NCBI GenBank assembly: GCA_040954595.2
Contig: CM082579.2
Location: forward strand, 4,267,227-4,331,226
From: Balanoglossus misakiensis
Lineage: Eukaryota > Animalia > Hemichordata
DNA: 64,000 bases
Direction: 5' to 3'
The notes beneath the pieces were generated by a model that ran no database searches, was not told the DNA's origin, and was given only the letters and a program-made list of their open reading frames with translations. A program made the translations under genes and the position numbers. The stretch's first letter is position 1. Each line of letters starts with the position of its first letter. Shown here in pieces: positions 27,112-41,448 of this stretch.

Positions 27112-30100
27112 TTTTTTCAAAAAAATGAAGAAATTTTGAATGTTCGCAAAGTCGAAAAATTTTCATCTTTGGGTGATTTTCATGAGCTATAACCCATGAT
27201 TTTTTCAAAAATCGACGAAATTTTGAGATTTCGAAAAGTCGAAAAATCGTCATTTTTTGATGATTTTCCTGAGCTATAACCCATGATTTTTTCAAAAATC
27301 GACGAAATTTTGAGATTTCGAAAAGTCGAAAAATCGTCATTTTTTGATGTTTCTCCTGAGCTATAACCCATGATTTTTTCAAAAATCGACCAAATTTTGA
27401 GATTTCGAAAAGTCGAAAAATCGTCATTTTTTGATGATTTTCCTGAGCTATAACCCATGATTTTTTCAAAAATCGACCAAATTTTGAGATTTCGAAAAGT
27501 CGAAAAATCGTCATTTTTTGATGATTTTCCTGAGCTATAACCCATGATTTTTTAAAAAATCGACCAAATTTTGAGATTTCGAAAAGTCGAAAAATCGTCA
27601 TTTTTTGATGATTTTCCTGAGCTATAACCCATGATTTTTTCAAAAATCGACCAAATTTTGAGATTTCGAAAAGTCGAAAAATCGTCATTTTTTGATGATT
27701 TTCCTGAGCTATAACCCATGATTTTTTCAAAAATCGACCAAATTTTGAGATTTCGAAAAGTCGAAAAATCGTCATTTTTTGATGATTTTCCTGAGCTATA
27801 ACCCATGATTTTTTCAAAAATCGACGAAATTTTGAGATTTCGAAAAGTCGAAAAATCGTCATTTTTTGATGATTTTCCTGAGCTATAACCCATGATTTTT
27901 TCAAAAATCGACGAAATTTTGAGATTTCGAAAAGTCGAAAAATCGTCATTTTTTGATGTTTTTCCTGAGCTATAACCCATGATTTTTTCAAAAATCGACG
28001 AAATTTTGAGATTTCGAAAAGTCGAAAAATCGTCATTTTTTGATGTTTTTCCTGAGCTATAACCCATGATTTTTTCAAAAATCGACGAAATTTTGAGATT
28101 TCGAAAAGTCGAAAAATCGTCATTTTTTGATGATTTTCCTGAGCTATAACCCATGATTTTTTCAAAAATCGACGAAATTTTGAGATTTCGAAAAGTCGAA
28201 AAATCGTCATTTTTTGATGTTTTTCCTGAGCTATAACCCATGATTTTTTTCAAAAATCGACGAAATTTTGAGATTTCGAAAAGTCGAAAAATCGTCATTT
28301 TTTGATGTTTTTCCTGAGCTATAACCCATGATTTTTTCAAAAATCGACGAAATTTTGAGATTTCGAAAAGTCGAAAAATCGTCATTTTTTGATGTTTTTC
28401 CTGAGCTATAACCCATGATTTTTTCAAAAATCGACGAAATTTTGAGATTTCGAAAAGTCGAAAAATCGTCATTTTTTGATGATTTTCCTGAGCTATAACC
28501 CATGATTTTTTCAAAAATCGACGAAATTTTGAGATTTCGAAAAGTCGAAAAATCGTCTTTTTTTGATGTTTTTCCTGAGCTATAACCCATGATTTTTTCA
28601 AAAATCGACGAAATTTTGAGATTTCGAAAAGTCGAAAAATCGTCATTTTTTGATGTTTTTCCTGAGCTATAACCCATGATTTTTTCAAAAATCGACGAAA
28701 TTTTGAGATTTCGAAAAGTCGAAAAATCGTCATTTTTTGATGTTTTTCCTGAGCTATAACCCATGATTTTTTCAAAAATCGACGAAATTTTGAGATTTCG
28801 AAAAGTCGAAAAATCGTCATTTTTTGATGTTTTTCCTGAGCTATAACCCATGATTTTTTCAAAAATCGACGAAATTTTGAGATTTCGAAAAGTCGAAAAA
28901 TCGTCATTTTTTGATGTTTTTCCTGAGCTATAACCCATGATTTTTTCAAAAATCGACGAAATTTTGAGATTTCGAAAAGTCGAAAAATCGTCATTTTTTG
29001 ATGTTTTTCCTGAGCTATAACCCATGATTTTTTCAAAAATCGACCAAATTTTGAGATTTCGAAAAGTCGAAAAATCGTCATTTTTTGATGATTTTCCTGA
29101 GCTATAACCCATGATTTTTTCAAAAATCGACGAAATTTTGAGATTTCGAAAAGTCGAAAAATCGTCATTTTTTGATGATTTTCCTGAGCTATAACCCATG
29201 ATTTTTTCAAAAATCGACGAAATTTTGAGATTTCGAAAAGTCGAAAAATCGTCATTTTTTGATGTTTTTCCTGAGCTATAACCCATGATTTTTTCAAAAA
29301 TCGACGAAATTTTGAGATTTCGAAAAGTCGAAAAATCGTCATTTTTTGATGATTTTCCTGAGCTATAACCCATGATTTTTTCAAAAATCGACGAAATTTT
29401 GAGATTTCGAAAAGTCGAAAAATCGTCATTTTTTGATGATTTTCCTGAGCTATAACCCATGATTTTTTCAAAAATCGACGAAATTTTGAGATTTCGAAAA
29501 GTCGAAAAATCGTCATTTTTTGATGATTTTCCTGAGCTATAACCCATGATTTTTTCAAAAATCGACGAAATTTTGAGATTTCGAAAAGTCGAAAAATCGT
29601 CATTTTTTGATGATTTTCCTGAGCTATAACCCATGATTTTTTCAAAAATCGACGAAATTTTGAGATTTCGAAAAGTCGAAAAATCGTCATTTTTTGATGT
29701 TTTTCCTGAGCTATAACCCATGATTTTTTCAAAAATCGACGAAATTTTGAGATTTCGAAAAGTCGAAAAATCGTCATTTTTTGATGATTTTCCTGAGCTA
29801 TAACCCATGATTTTTTCAAAAATCGACGAAATTTTGAGATTTCGAAAAGTCGAAAAATCGTCATTTTTTGATGTTTTTCCTGAGCTATAACCCATGATTT
29901 TTTCAAAAATCGACGAAATTTTGAGATTTCGAAAAGTCGAAAAATCGTCATTTTTTGATGTTTTTCCTGAGCTATAACCCATGATTTTTTCAAAAATCGA
30001 CCAAATTTTGAGATTTCGAAAAGTCGAAAAATCGTCATTTTTTGATGTTTTTCCTGAGCTATAACCCATGATTTTTTCAAAAATCGACCAAATTTTGAGA

Positions 30101-33100
30101 TTTCGAAAAGTCGAAAAATCGTCATTTTTTGATGTTTTTCCTGAGCTATAACCCATGATTTTTTCAAAAATCGACCAAATTTTGAGATTTCGAAAAGTCG
30201 AAAAATCGTCATTTTTTGATGTTTTTCCTGAGCTATAACCCATGATTTTTTCAAAAATCGACCAAATTTTGAGATTTCGAAAAGTCGAAAAATCGTCATT
30301 TTTTGATGTTTTTCCTGAGCTATAACCCATGATTTTTTCAAAAATCGACCAAATTTTGAGATTTCGAAAAGTCGAAAAATCGTCATTTTTTGATGATTTT
30401 CCTGAGCTATAACCCATGATTTTTTCAAAAATCGACCAAATTTTGAGATTTCGAAAAGTCGAAAAATCGTCATTTTTTGATGATTTTCCTGAGCTATAAC
30501 CCATGATTTTTTCAAAAATCGACCAAATTTTGAGATTTCGAAAAGTCGAAAAATCGTCATTTTTTGATGTTTTTCCTGAGCTATAACCCATGATTTTTTC
30601 AAAAATCGACCAAATTTTGAGATTTCGAAAAGTCGAAAAATCGTCATTTTTTGATGTTTTTCCTGAGCTATAACCCATGATTTTTTCAAAAATCGACCAA
30701 ATTTTGAGATTTCGAAAAGTCGAAAAATCGTCATTTTTTGATGTTTTTCCTGAGCTATACCCCATGATTTTTTCAAAAGTCGACCAAATTTTGAAATTTC
30801 GAAAAGTCGAAAAATCGTCATCTTTTGATGATTTTCCTGAGCTATAACCCATGATTTTTTCAAAAATCGACCAAATTTTGAGATTTCGAAAAGTCGAAAA
30901 ATCGTCATTTTTTGATGATTTTCCTGAGCTATAACCCATGATTTTTTCAAAAATCGACCAAATTTTGAGATTTCGAAAAGTCGAAAAATCGTCATTTTTT
31001 GATGATTTTCCTGAGCTATAACCCATGATTTTTTCAAAAATCGACCAAATTTTGAGATTTCGAAAAGTCGAAAAATCGTCATTTTTTGATGATTTTCCTG
31101 AGCTATAACCCATGATTTTTTCAAAAATCGACCAAATTTTGAGATTTCGAAAAGTCGAAAAATCGTCATTTTTTGATGATTTTCCTGAGCTATAACCCAT
31201 GATTTTTTCAAAAATCGACCAAATTTTGAGATTTCGAAAAGTCGAAAAATCGTCATTTTTTGATGATTTTCCTGAGCTATAACCCATGATTTTTTCAAAA
31301 ATCGACCAAATTTTGAGATTTCGAAAAGTCGAAAAATCGTCATTTTTTGATGATTTTCCTGAGCTATAACCCATGATTTTTTCAAAAATTGACCAAATTT
31401 TGAGATTTCGAAAAGTCGAAAAATCGTCATTTTTTGATGATTTTCCTGAGCTATAACCCATGATTTTTTCAAAAATCGACGAAATTTTGAGATTTCGAAA
31501 AGTCGAAAAATCGTCATTTTTTGATGATTTTCCTGAGCTATAACCCATGATTTTTTCAAAAATCGACGAAATTTTGAGATTTCGAAAAGTCGAAAAATCG
31601 TCATTTTTTGATGTTTTTCCTGAGCTATAACCCATGATTTTTTCAAAAATCGACGAAATTTTGAGATTTCGAAAAGTCGAAAAATCGTCATTTTTTGATG
31701 ATATTCCTGAGCTATAACCCATGATTTTTTCAAAAAATCGACGAAATTTTGAGATTTCGAAAAGTCGAAAAATCGTCATTTTTTGATGATTTTACTGAGC
31801 TATAACCCATGATTTTTTCAAAAAATCGACCAAATTTTGAGATTTCGAAAAGTCGAAAAATCGTCATTTTTTGATGATTTTCCTGAGCTATAACCCATGA
31901 TTTTTTCAAAAAATCGACCAAATTTTGAGATTTCGAAAAGTCGAAAAATCGTCATTTTTTGATGTTTTTCCTGAGCTATAACCCATGATTTTTTCAAAAA
32001 ATCGACCAAATTTTGAGATTTCGAAAAGTCGAAAAATCGTCATTTTTTGATGTTTTTCCTGAGCTAAAACCCATGATTTTTTCAAAAATCGACCAAATTT
32101 TGAGATTTCGAAAAGTCGAAAAATCGTCATTTTTTGATGATTTTCCTGAGCTATAACCCATGATTTTTTCAAAAATCGACCAAATTTTGAGATTTCGAAA
32201 AGTCGAAAAATCGTCATTTTTTGATGATTTTCCTGAGCTATAAGCCATGATTTTTTCAAAAATCGACCAAATTTTGAGATTTCGAAAAGTCGAAAAATCG
32301 TCATTTTTTGATGATTTTCCTGAGCTATAACCCATGATTTTTTCAAAAATCGACCAAATTTTGAGATTTCGAAAAGTCGAAAAATCGTCATTTTTTGATG
32401 ATTTTCCTGAGCTATACCCATGATTTTTTCAAAAATCGACCAAATTTTGAGATTTCGAAAAGTCGAAAAATCGTCATTTTTTGATGATTTTCCTGAGCTA
32501 TAACCCATGATTTTTTCAAAAATCGACCAAATTTTGAGATTTCGAAAAGTCGAAAAATCGTCATTTTTTGATGATTTTCCTGAGCTATAACCCATGATTT
32601 TTTCAAAAATCGACGAAATTTTGAGATTTCGAAAAGTCGAAAAATCGTCATTTTTTGATGTTTTTCCTGAGCTATAACCCATGATTTTTTCAAAAATCGA
32701 CGAAATTTTGAGATTTCGAAAAGTCGAAAAATCGTCATTTTTTGATGATTTTCCTGAGCTATAACCCATGATTTTTTCAAAAATCGACGAAATTTTGAGA
32801 TTTCGAAAAGTCGAAAAATCGTCATTTTTTGATGATTTTCCTGAGCTATAACCCATGATTTTTTCAAAAAATCGACCAAATTTTGAGATTTCGAAAAGTC
32901 GAAAAATCGTCATTTTTTGATGATTTTCCTGAGCTATAACCCATGATTTTTTCAAAAAATCGACCAAATTTTGAGATTTCGAAAAGTCGAAAAATCGTCA
33001 TTTTTTGATGATTTTCCTGAGCTATAACCCATGATTTTTTCAAAAAATCGACCAAATTTTGAGATTTCGAAAAGTCGAAAAATCGTCATTTTTTGATGTT

Positions 33101-36100
33101 TTTCCTGAGCTATAACCCATGATTTTTTCAAAAAATCGACCAAATTTTGAGATTTCGAAAAGTCGAAAAATCGTCATTTTTTGATGTTTTTCCTGAGCTA
33201 AAACCCATGATTTTTTCAAAAATCGACCAAATTTTGAGATTTCGAAAAGTCGAAAAATCGTCATTTTTTGATGATTTTCCTGAGCTATAACCCATGATTT
33301 TTTCAAAAATCGACCAAATTTTGAGATTTCCAAAAGTCGAAAAATCGTCATTTTTTCATGATTTTCCTGAGCTATAACCCATGATTTTTTCTAAAATCGA
33401 CCAAATTTTGAGATTTCCAAAAGTCGAAAAATCGTCATTTTTTCATGATTTTCCTGAGCTATAACCCATGATTTTTTCAAAAATCGACCAAATTTTGAGA
33501 TTTCGAAAAGTCGAAAAATCGTCATTTTTTGATGATTTTCCTGAGCTATAACCCATGATTTTTTCAAAAATCGACCAAATTTTGAGATTTCGAAAAGTCG
33601 AAAAATCGTCATTTTTTGATGATTTTCCTGAGCTATAACCCATGATTTTTTCAAAAAATCGACGAAATTTTGAGATTTCGAAAAGTCGAAAAATCGTCAT
33701 TTTTTGATGATTTTCCTGAGCTATAACCCATGATTTTTTCAAAAATCGACCAAATTTTGAGATTTCGAAAAGTCGAAAAATCGTCATTTTTGATGATTTT
33801 CCTGAGCTATAACCCATGATTTTTTCAAAAATCGACCAAATTTTGAGATTTCGAAAAGTCGAAAAATCGTCATTTTTTGATGATTTTCCTGAGCTATAAC
33901 CCATGATTTTTTCAAAAATCGACCAAATTTTGAGATTTCGAAAAGTCGAAAAATCGTCATTTTTTGATGATTTTCCTGAGCTATAACCCATGATTTTTTC
34001 AAAAATCGACCAAATTTTGAGATTTCGAAAAGTCGAAAAATCGTCATTTTTTGATGTTTTTCCTGAGCTATAACCCATGATTTTTTCAAAAATCGACCAA
34101 ATTTTGAGATTTCGAAAAGTCGAAAAATCGTCATTTTTTGATGTTTTTCCTGAGCTATAACCCATGATTTTTTCAAAAATCGACCAAATTTTGAGATTTC
34201 GAAAAGTCGAAAAATCGTCATTTTTTGATGTTTTTCCTGAGCTATAACCCATGATTTTTTCAAAAGTCGACCAAATTTTGAGATTTCGAAAAGTCGAAAA
34301 ATCGTCATCTTTTGATGATTTTCCTGAGCTATAACCCATGATTTTTTCAAAAATCGACCAAATTTTGAGATTTCGAAAAGTCGAAAAATCGTCATTTTTT
34401 GATGATTTTCCTGAGCTATAACCCATGATTTTTTCAAAAATCGACCAAATTTTGAGATTTCGAAAAGTCGAAAAATCGTCATTTTTTGATGATTTTCCTG
34501 AGCTATAACCCATGATTTTTTCAAAAATCGACCAAATTTTGAGATTTCGAAAAGTCGAAAAATCGTCATTTTTTGATGATTTTCCTGAGTTATAACCCAT
34601 GATTTTTTCAAAAATCGACCAAATTTTGAGATTTCGAAAAGTCGAAAAATCGTCATTTTTTGATGATTTTCCTGTGCTATAACCCATGATTTTTTCAAAA
34701 ATCGACCAAATTTTGAGATTTCGAAAAGTCGAAAAATCGTCATTTTTTGATGTTTTTCCTGAGCTATAACCCATGATTTTTTCAAAAATCGACGAAATTT
34801 TGAGATTTCGAAAAGTCGAAAAATCGTCATTTTTTGATGTTTTTCCTGAGCTATAACCCATGATTTTTTCAAAAATCGACGAAATTTTGAGATTTCGAAA
34901 AGTCGAAAAATCGTCATTTTTTGATGATTTTCCTGAGCTATAACCCATGATTTTTTCAAAAATCGACCAAATTTTGAGATTTCGAAAAGTCGAAAAATCG
35001 TCATTTTTTGATGATTTTCCTGAGCTATAACCCATGATTTTTTCAAAAATCGACGAAATTTTGAGATTTCGAAAAGTCGAAAAATCGTCATTTTTTGATG
35101 ATTTTCCTGAGCTATAACCCATGATTTTTTCAAAAATCGACGAAATTTTGAGATTTCGAAAAGTCGAAAAATCGTCATTTTTTGATGATTTTCCTGAGCT
35201 ATAACCCATGATTTTTTCAAAAATCGACGAAATTTTGAGATTTCGAAAAGTCGAAAAATCGTCATTTTTTGATGATTTTCCTGAGCTATAACCCATGATT
35301 TTTTCAAAAATCGACGAAATTTTGAGATTTCGAAAAGTCGAAAAATCGTCATTTTTTGATGATTTTCCTGAGCTATAACCCATGATTTTTTCAAAAATCG
35401 AAAAAATTTTGAGATTTCGAAAAGTCGAAAAATCGTCATTTTTTGATGATTTTCCTGAGCTATAACCCATGATTTTTTCAAAAATCGACCAAATTTTGAG
35501 ATTTCGAAAAGTCGAAAAATCGTCATTTTTTGATGATTTTCCTGAGCTATAACCCATGATTTTTTCAAAAATCGACGAAATTTTGAGATTTCGAAAAGTC
35601 GAAAAATCGTCATTTTTTGATGTTTTTCCTGAGCTATAACCCATGATTTTTTCAAAAATCGACGAAATTTTGAGATTTCGAAAAGTCGAAAAATCGTCAT
35701 TTTTTGATGTTTTTCCTGAGCTATAACCCATGATTTTTTCAAAAATCGACGAAATTTTGAGATTTCGAAAAGTCGAAAAATCGTCATTTTTTGATGTTTT
35801 TCCTGAGCTATAACCCATGATTTTTTCAAAAATCGACGAAATTTTGAGATTTCGAAAAGTCGAAAAATCGTCATTTTTTGATGTTTTTCCTGAGCTATAA
35901 CCCATGATTTTTTCAAAAATCGACGAAATTTTGAGATTTCGAAAAGTCGAAAAATCGTCATTTTTTGATGATTTTCCTGAGCTATAACCCATGATTTTTT
36001 CAAAAATCGACCAAATTTTGAGATTTCGAAAAGTCGAAAAATCGTCATTTTTTGATGATTTTCCTGAGCTATAACCCATGATTTTTTCAAAAATCGACGA

Positions 36101-39100
36101 AATTTTGAGATTTCGAAAAGTCGAAAAATCGTCATTTTTTGATGATTTTCCTGAGCTATAACCCATGATTTTTTCAAAAATCGACGAAATTTTGAGATTT
36201 CGAAAAGTCGAAAAATCGTCATTTTTTGATGATTTTCCTGAGCTATAACCCATGATTTTTTCAAAAATCGACGAAATTTTGAGATTTCGAAAAGTCGAAA
36301 AATCGTCATTTTTTGATGATTTTCCTGAGCTATAACCCATGATTTTTTCAAAAATCGACGAAATTTTGAGATTTCGAAAAGTCGAAAAATCGTCATTTTT
36401 TGATGATTTTCCTGAGCTATAACCCATGATTTTTTCAAAAATCGACGAAATTTTGAGATTTCGAAAAGTCGAAAAATCGTCATTTTTTGATGATTTTCCT
36501 GAGCTATAACCCATGATTTTTTCAAAAATCGACGAAATTTTGAGATTTCGAAAAGTCGAAAAATCGTCATTTTTTGATGATTTTCCTGAGCTATAACCCA
36601 TGATTTTTTCAAAAATCGACCAAATTTTGAGATTTCGAAAAGTCGAAAAATCGTCATTTTTTGATGATTTTCCTGAGCTATAACCCATGATTTTTTCAAA
36701 AATCGACCAAATTTTGAGATTTCGAAAAGTCGAAAAATCGTCATTTTTTGATGATTTTCCTGAGCTATAACCCATGATTTTTTCAAAAATCGACCAAATT
36801 TTGAGATTTCGAAAAGTCGAAAAATCGTCATTTTTTGATGATTTTCCTGAGCTATAACCCATGATTTTTTCAAAAATCGACCAAATTTTGAGATTTCGAA
36901 AAGTCGAAAAATCGTCATTTTTTGATGATTTTCCTGAGCTATAAGCCATGATTTTTTCAAAAATCGACGAAATTTTGAGATTTCGAAAAGTCGAAAAATC
37001 GTCATTTTTTGATGATTTTCCTGAGCTATAAGCCATGATTTTTTCAAAAATCGACGAAATTTTGAGATTTCGAAAAGTCGAAAAATCGTCATTTTTTGAT
37101 GATTTTCCTGAGCTATAAGCCATGATTTTTTCAAAAATCGACGAAATTTTGAGATTTCGAAAAGTCGAAAAATCGTCATTTTTTGATGATTTTCCTGAGC
37201 TATAACCCATGATTTTTTCAAAAATCGACGAAATTTTGAGATTTCGAAAAGTCGAAAAATCGTCATTTTTTGATGATTTTCCTGAGCTATAACCCATGAT
37301 TTTTTCAAAAATCGACGAAATTTTGAGATTTCGAAAAGTCGAAAAATCGTCATTTTTTGATGATTTTCCTGAGCTATAACCCATGATTTTTTCAAAAATC
37401 GACGAAATTTTGAGATTTCGAAAAGTCGAAAAATCGTCATTTTTTGATGATTTTCCTGAGCTATAACCCATGATTTTTTCAAAAATCGAAAAAATTTTGA
37501 GATTTCGAAAAGTCGAAAAATCGTCATTTTTTGATGATTTTCCTGAGCTATAACCCATGATTTTTTCAAAAATCGACCAAATTTTGAGATTTCGAAAAGT
37601 CGAAAAATCGTCATTTTTTGATGATTTTCCTGAGCTATAACCCATGATTTTTTCAAAAATCGACGAAATTTTGAGATTTCGAAAAGTCGAAAAATCGTCA
37701 TTTTTTGATGTTTTTCCTGAGCTATAACCCATGATTTTTTCAAAAATCGACGAAATTTTGAGATTTCGAAAAGTCGAAAAATCGTCATTTTTTGATGTTT
37801 TTCCTGAGCTATAACCCATGATTTTTTCAAAAATCGACGAAATTTTGAGATTTCGAAAAGTCGAAAAATCGTCATTTTTTGATGTTTTTCCTGAGCTATA
37901 ACCCATGATTTTTTCAAAAATCGACGAAATTTTGAGATTTCGAAAAGTCGAAAAATCGTCATTTTTTGATGTTTTTCCTGAGCTATAACCCATGATTTTT
38001 TCAAAAATCGACGAAATTTTGAGATTTCGAAAAGTCGAAAAATCGTCATTTTTTGATGTTTTTCCTGAGCTATAACCCATGATTTTTTCAAAAATCGACG
38101 AAATTTTGAGATTTCGAAAAGTCGAAAAATCGTCATTTTTTGATGTTTTTCCTGAGCTATAACCCATGATTTTTTCAAAAATCGACGAAATTTTGAGATT
38201 TCGAAAAGTCGAAAAATCGTCATTTTTTGATGTTTTTCCTGAGCTATAACCCATGATTTTTTCAAAAATCGACGAAATTTTGAGATTTCGAAAAGTCGAA
38301 AAATCGTCATTTTTTGATGATTTTCCTGAGCTATAACCCATGATTTTTTCAAAAATCGACCAAATTTTGAGATTTCGAAAAGTCGAAAAATCGTCATTTT
38401 TTGATGATTTTCCTGAGCTATAACCCATGATTTTTTCAAAAATCGACGAAATTTTGAGATTTCGAAAAGTCGAAAAATCGTCATTTTTTGATGATTTTCC
38501 TGAGCTATAACCCATGATTTTTTCAAAAATCGACGAAATTTTGAGATTTCGAAAAGTCGAAAAATCGTCATTTTTTGATGATTTTCCTGAGCTATAACCC
38601 ATGATTTTTTCAAAAATCGACGAAATTTTGAGATTTCGAAAAGTCGAAAAATCGTCATTTTTTGATGATTTTCCTGAGCTATAACCCATGATTTTTTCAA
38701 AAATCGACGAAATTTTGAGATTTCGAAAAGTCGAAAAATCGTCATTTTTTGATGATTTTCCTGAGCTATAACCCATGATTTTTTCAAAAATCGACGAAAT
38801 TTTGAGATTTCGAAAAGTCGAAAAATCGTCATTTTTTGATGATTTTCCTGAGCTATAACCCATGATTTTTTCAAAAATCGACGAAATTTTGAGATTTCGA
38901 AAAGTCGAAAAATCGTCATTTTTTGATGATTTTCCTGAGCTATAACCCATGATTTTTTCAAAAATCGACCAAATTTTGAGATTTCGAAAAGTCGAAAAAT
39001 CGTCATTTTTTGATGATTTTCCTGAGCTATAACCCATGATTTTTTCAAAAATCGACCAAATTTTGAGATTTCGAAAAGTCGAAAAATCGTCATTTTTTGA

Positions 39101-41448
39101 TGATTTTCCTGAGCTATAACCCATGATTTTTTCAAAAATCGACCAAATTTTGAGATTTCGAAAAGTCGAAAAATCGTCATTTTTTGATGATTTTCCTGAG
39201 CTATAACCCATGATTTTTTCAAAAATCGACCAAATTTTGAGATTTCGAAAAGTCGAAAAATCGTCATTTTTTGATGATTTTCCTGAGCTATAAGCCATGA
39301 TTTTTTCAAAAATCGACCAAATTTTGAGATTTCGAAAAGTCGAAAAATCGTCATTTTTTGATGATTTTCCTGAGCTATAAGCCATGATTTTTTCAAAAAT
39401 CGACGAAATTTTGAGATTTCGAAAAGTCGAAAAATCGTCATTTTTTGATGATTTTCCTGAGCTATAAGCCATGATTTTTTCAAAAATCGACCAAATTTTG
39501 AGATTTCGAAAAGTCGAAAAATCGTCATTTTTTGATGATTTTCCTGAGCTATAACCCATGATTTTTTCAAAAATCGACCAAATTTTGAGATTTCGAAAAG
39601 TCGAAAAATCGTCATTTTTTGATGATTTTCCTGAGCTATAACCCATGATTTTTTAAAAAATCGACCAAATTTTGAGATTTCGAAAAGTCGAAAAATCGTC
39701 ATTTTTTGATGATTTTCCTGAGCTATAACCCATGATTTTTTCAAAAATCGACCAAATTTTGAGATTTCGAAAAGTCGAAAAATCGTCATTTTTTGATGAT
39801 TTTCCTGAGCTATAACCCATGATTTTTTCAAAAATCGACGAAATTTTGAGATTTCGAAAAGTCGAAAAATCGTCATTTTTTGATGATTTTCCTGAGCTAT
39901 AACCCATGATTTTTTCAAAAATCGACGAAATTTTGAGATTTCGAAAAGTCGAAAAATCGTCATTTTTTGATGTTTTTCCTGAGCTATAACCCATGATTTT
40001 TTCAAAAATCGACGAAATTTTGAGATTTCGAAAAGTCGAAAAATCGTCATTTTTTGATGATTTTCCTGAGCTATCCCATGATTTTTTCAAAAATCGACGA
40101 AATTTTGAGATTTCGAAAAGTCGAAAAATCGTCATTTTTTGATGATTTTCCTGAGCTATAACCCATGATTTTTTCAAAAATCGACCAAATTTTGAGATTT
40201 CGAAAAGTCGAAAAATCGTCATTTTTTGATGATTTTCCTGAGCTATAACCCATGATTTTTTCAAAAATCGACGAAATTTTGAGATTTCGAAAAGTCGAAA
40301 AATCGTCATTTTTTGATGTTTTTCCTGAGCTATAACCCATGATTTTTTCAAAAATCGACGAAATTTTGAGATTTCGAAAAGTCGAAAAATCGTCATTTTT
40401 TGATGATTTTCCTGAGCTATAACCCATGATTTTTTCAAAAATCGACGAAATTTTGAGATTTCGAAAAGTCGAAAAATCGTCATTTTTTGATGATTTTCCT
40501 GAGCTATAACCCATGATTTTTTCAAAAATCGACGAAATTTTGAGATTTCGAAAAGTCGAAAAATCGTCATTTTTTGATGATTTTCCTGAGCTATAACCCA
40601 TGATTTTTTCAAAAATCGACGAAATTTTGAGATTTCGAAAAGTCGAAAAATCGTCATTTTTTGATGATTTTCCTGAGCTATAACCCATGATTTTTTCAAA
40701 AATCGACGAAATTTTGAGATTTCGAAAAGTCGAAAAATCGTCATTTTTTGATGTTTTTCCTGAGCTATAACCCATGATTTTTTCAAAAATCGACGAAATT
40801 TTGAGATTTCGAAAAGTCGAAAAATCGTCATTTTTTGATGTTTTTCCTGAGCTATAACCCATGATTTTTTCAAAAATCGACGAAATTTTGAGATTTCGAA
40901 AAGTCGAAAAATCGTCATTTTTTGATGTTTTTCCTGAGCTATAACCCATGATTTTTTCAAAAATCGACGAAATTTTGAGATTTCGAAAAGTCGAAAAATC
41001 GTCATTTTTTGATGATTTTCCTGAGCTATAACCCATGATTTTTTCAAAAATCGACGAAATTTTGAGATTTCGAAAAGTCGAAAAATCGTCATTTTTTGAT
41101 GATTTTCCTGAGCTATAACCCATGATTTTTTCAAAAATCGACGAAATTTTGAGATTTCGAAAAGTCGAAAAATCGTCATTTTTTGATGTTTTTCCTGAGC
41201 TATAACCCATGATTTTTTCAAAAATCGACGAAATTTTGAGATTTCGAAAAGTCGAAAAATCGTCATTTTTTGATGATTTTCCTGAGCTATAACCCATGAT
41301 TTTTTCAAAAATCGACGATCGATTGTCAAAAAATGAAGACATTTTGAAAATTCGGAAAGTCGAAAATTTGTCATTTTTGGAGGATTTTCATGAGCTATAA
41401 CCCATGAAAAACGTCCAAAAATGACAGAATGACCAAAATTCGCAAAGT
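27112..41448. repeat. 87-bp tandem satellite array, ~165 monomers, ~14.3 kb
   Basis: Consensus GAGCTATAACCCATGATTTTTTCAAAAATCGAC[G/C]AAATTTTGAGATTTCGAAAAGTCGAAAAATCGTCATTTTTTGATG[A/T]TTTTCCT. Highly homogeneous, with degenerate monomers at both ends. Confidence 0.99.

Larger units (their letters stand above)
23574..27112 (+). repeat. Tandem segmental duplication: 23574-24241 is near-identical to 26445-27112 (part of the larger ~21300-24241 / ~24553-27112 duplication)
   Basis: About 670 bp with only scattered substitutions, from atgtttgtatctttcagg...aaactacagctgaa to ...taatgtcttat. Confidence 0.93.

Noticed and set aside
27101-41374. Giant 1,000-2,000 aa ORFs as real protein-coding genes
   Set aside because: They arise from an 87-bp (29-codon) unit that happens to lack stops in two frames. 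Single-base indels swap frames freely, and there is no promoter, splice or codon-selection evidence.
27112-41448. CRISPR array
   Set aside because: No unique spacers, no cas genes and a eukaryotic context; it is a head-to-tail satellite.
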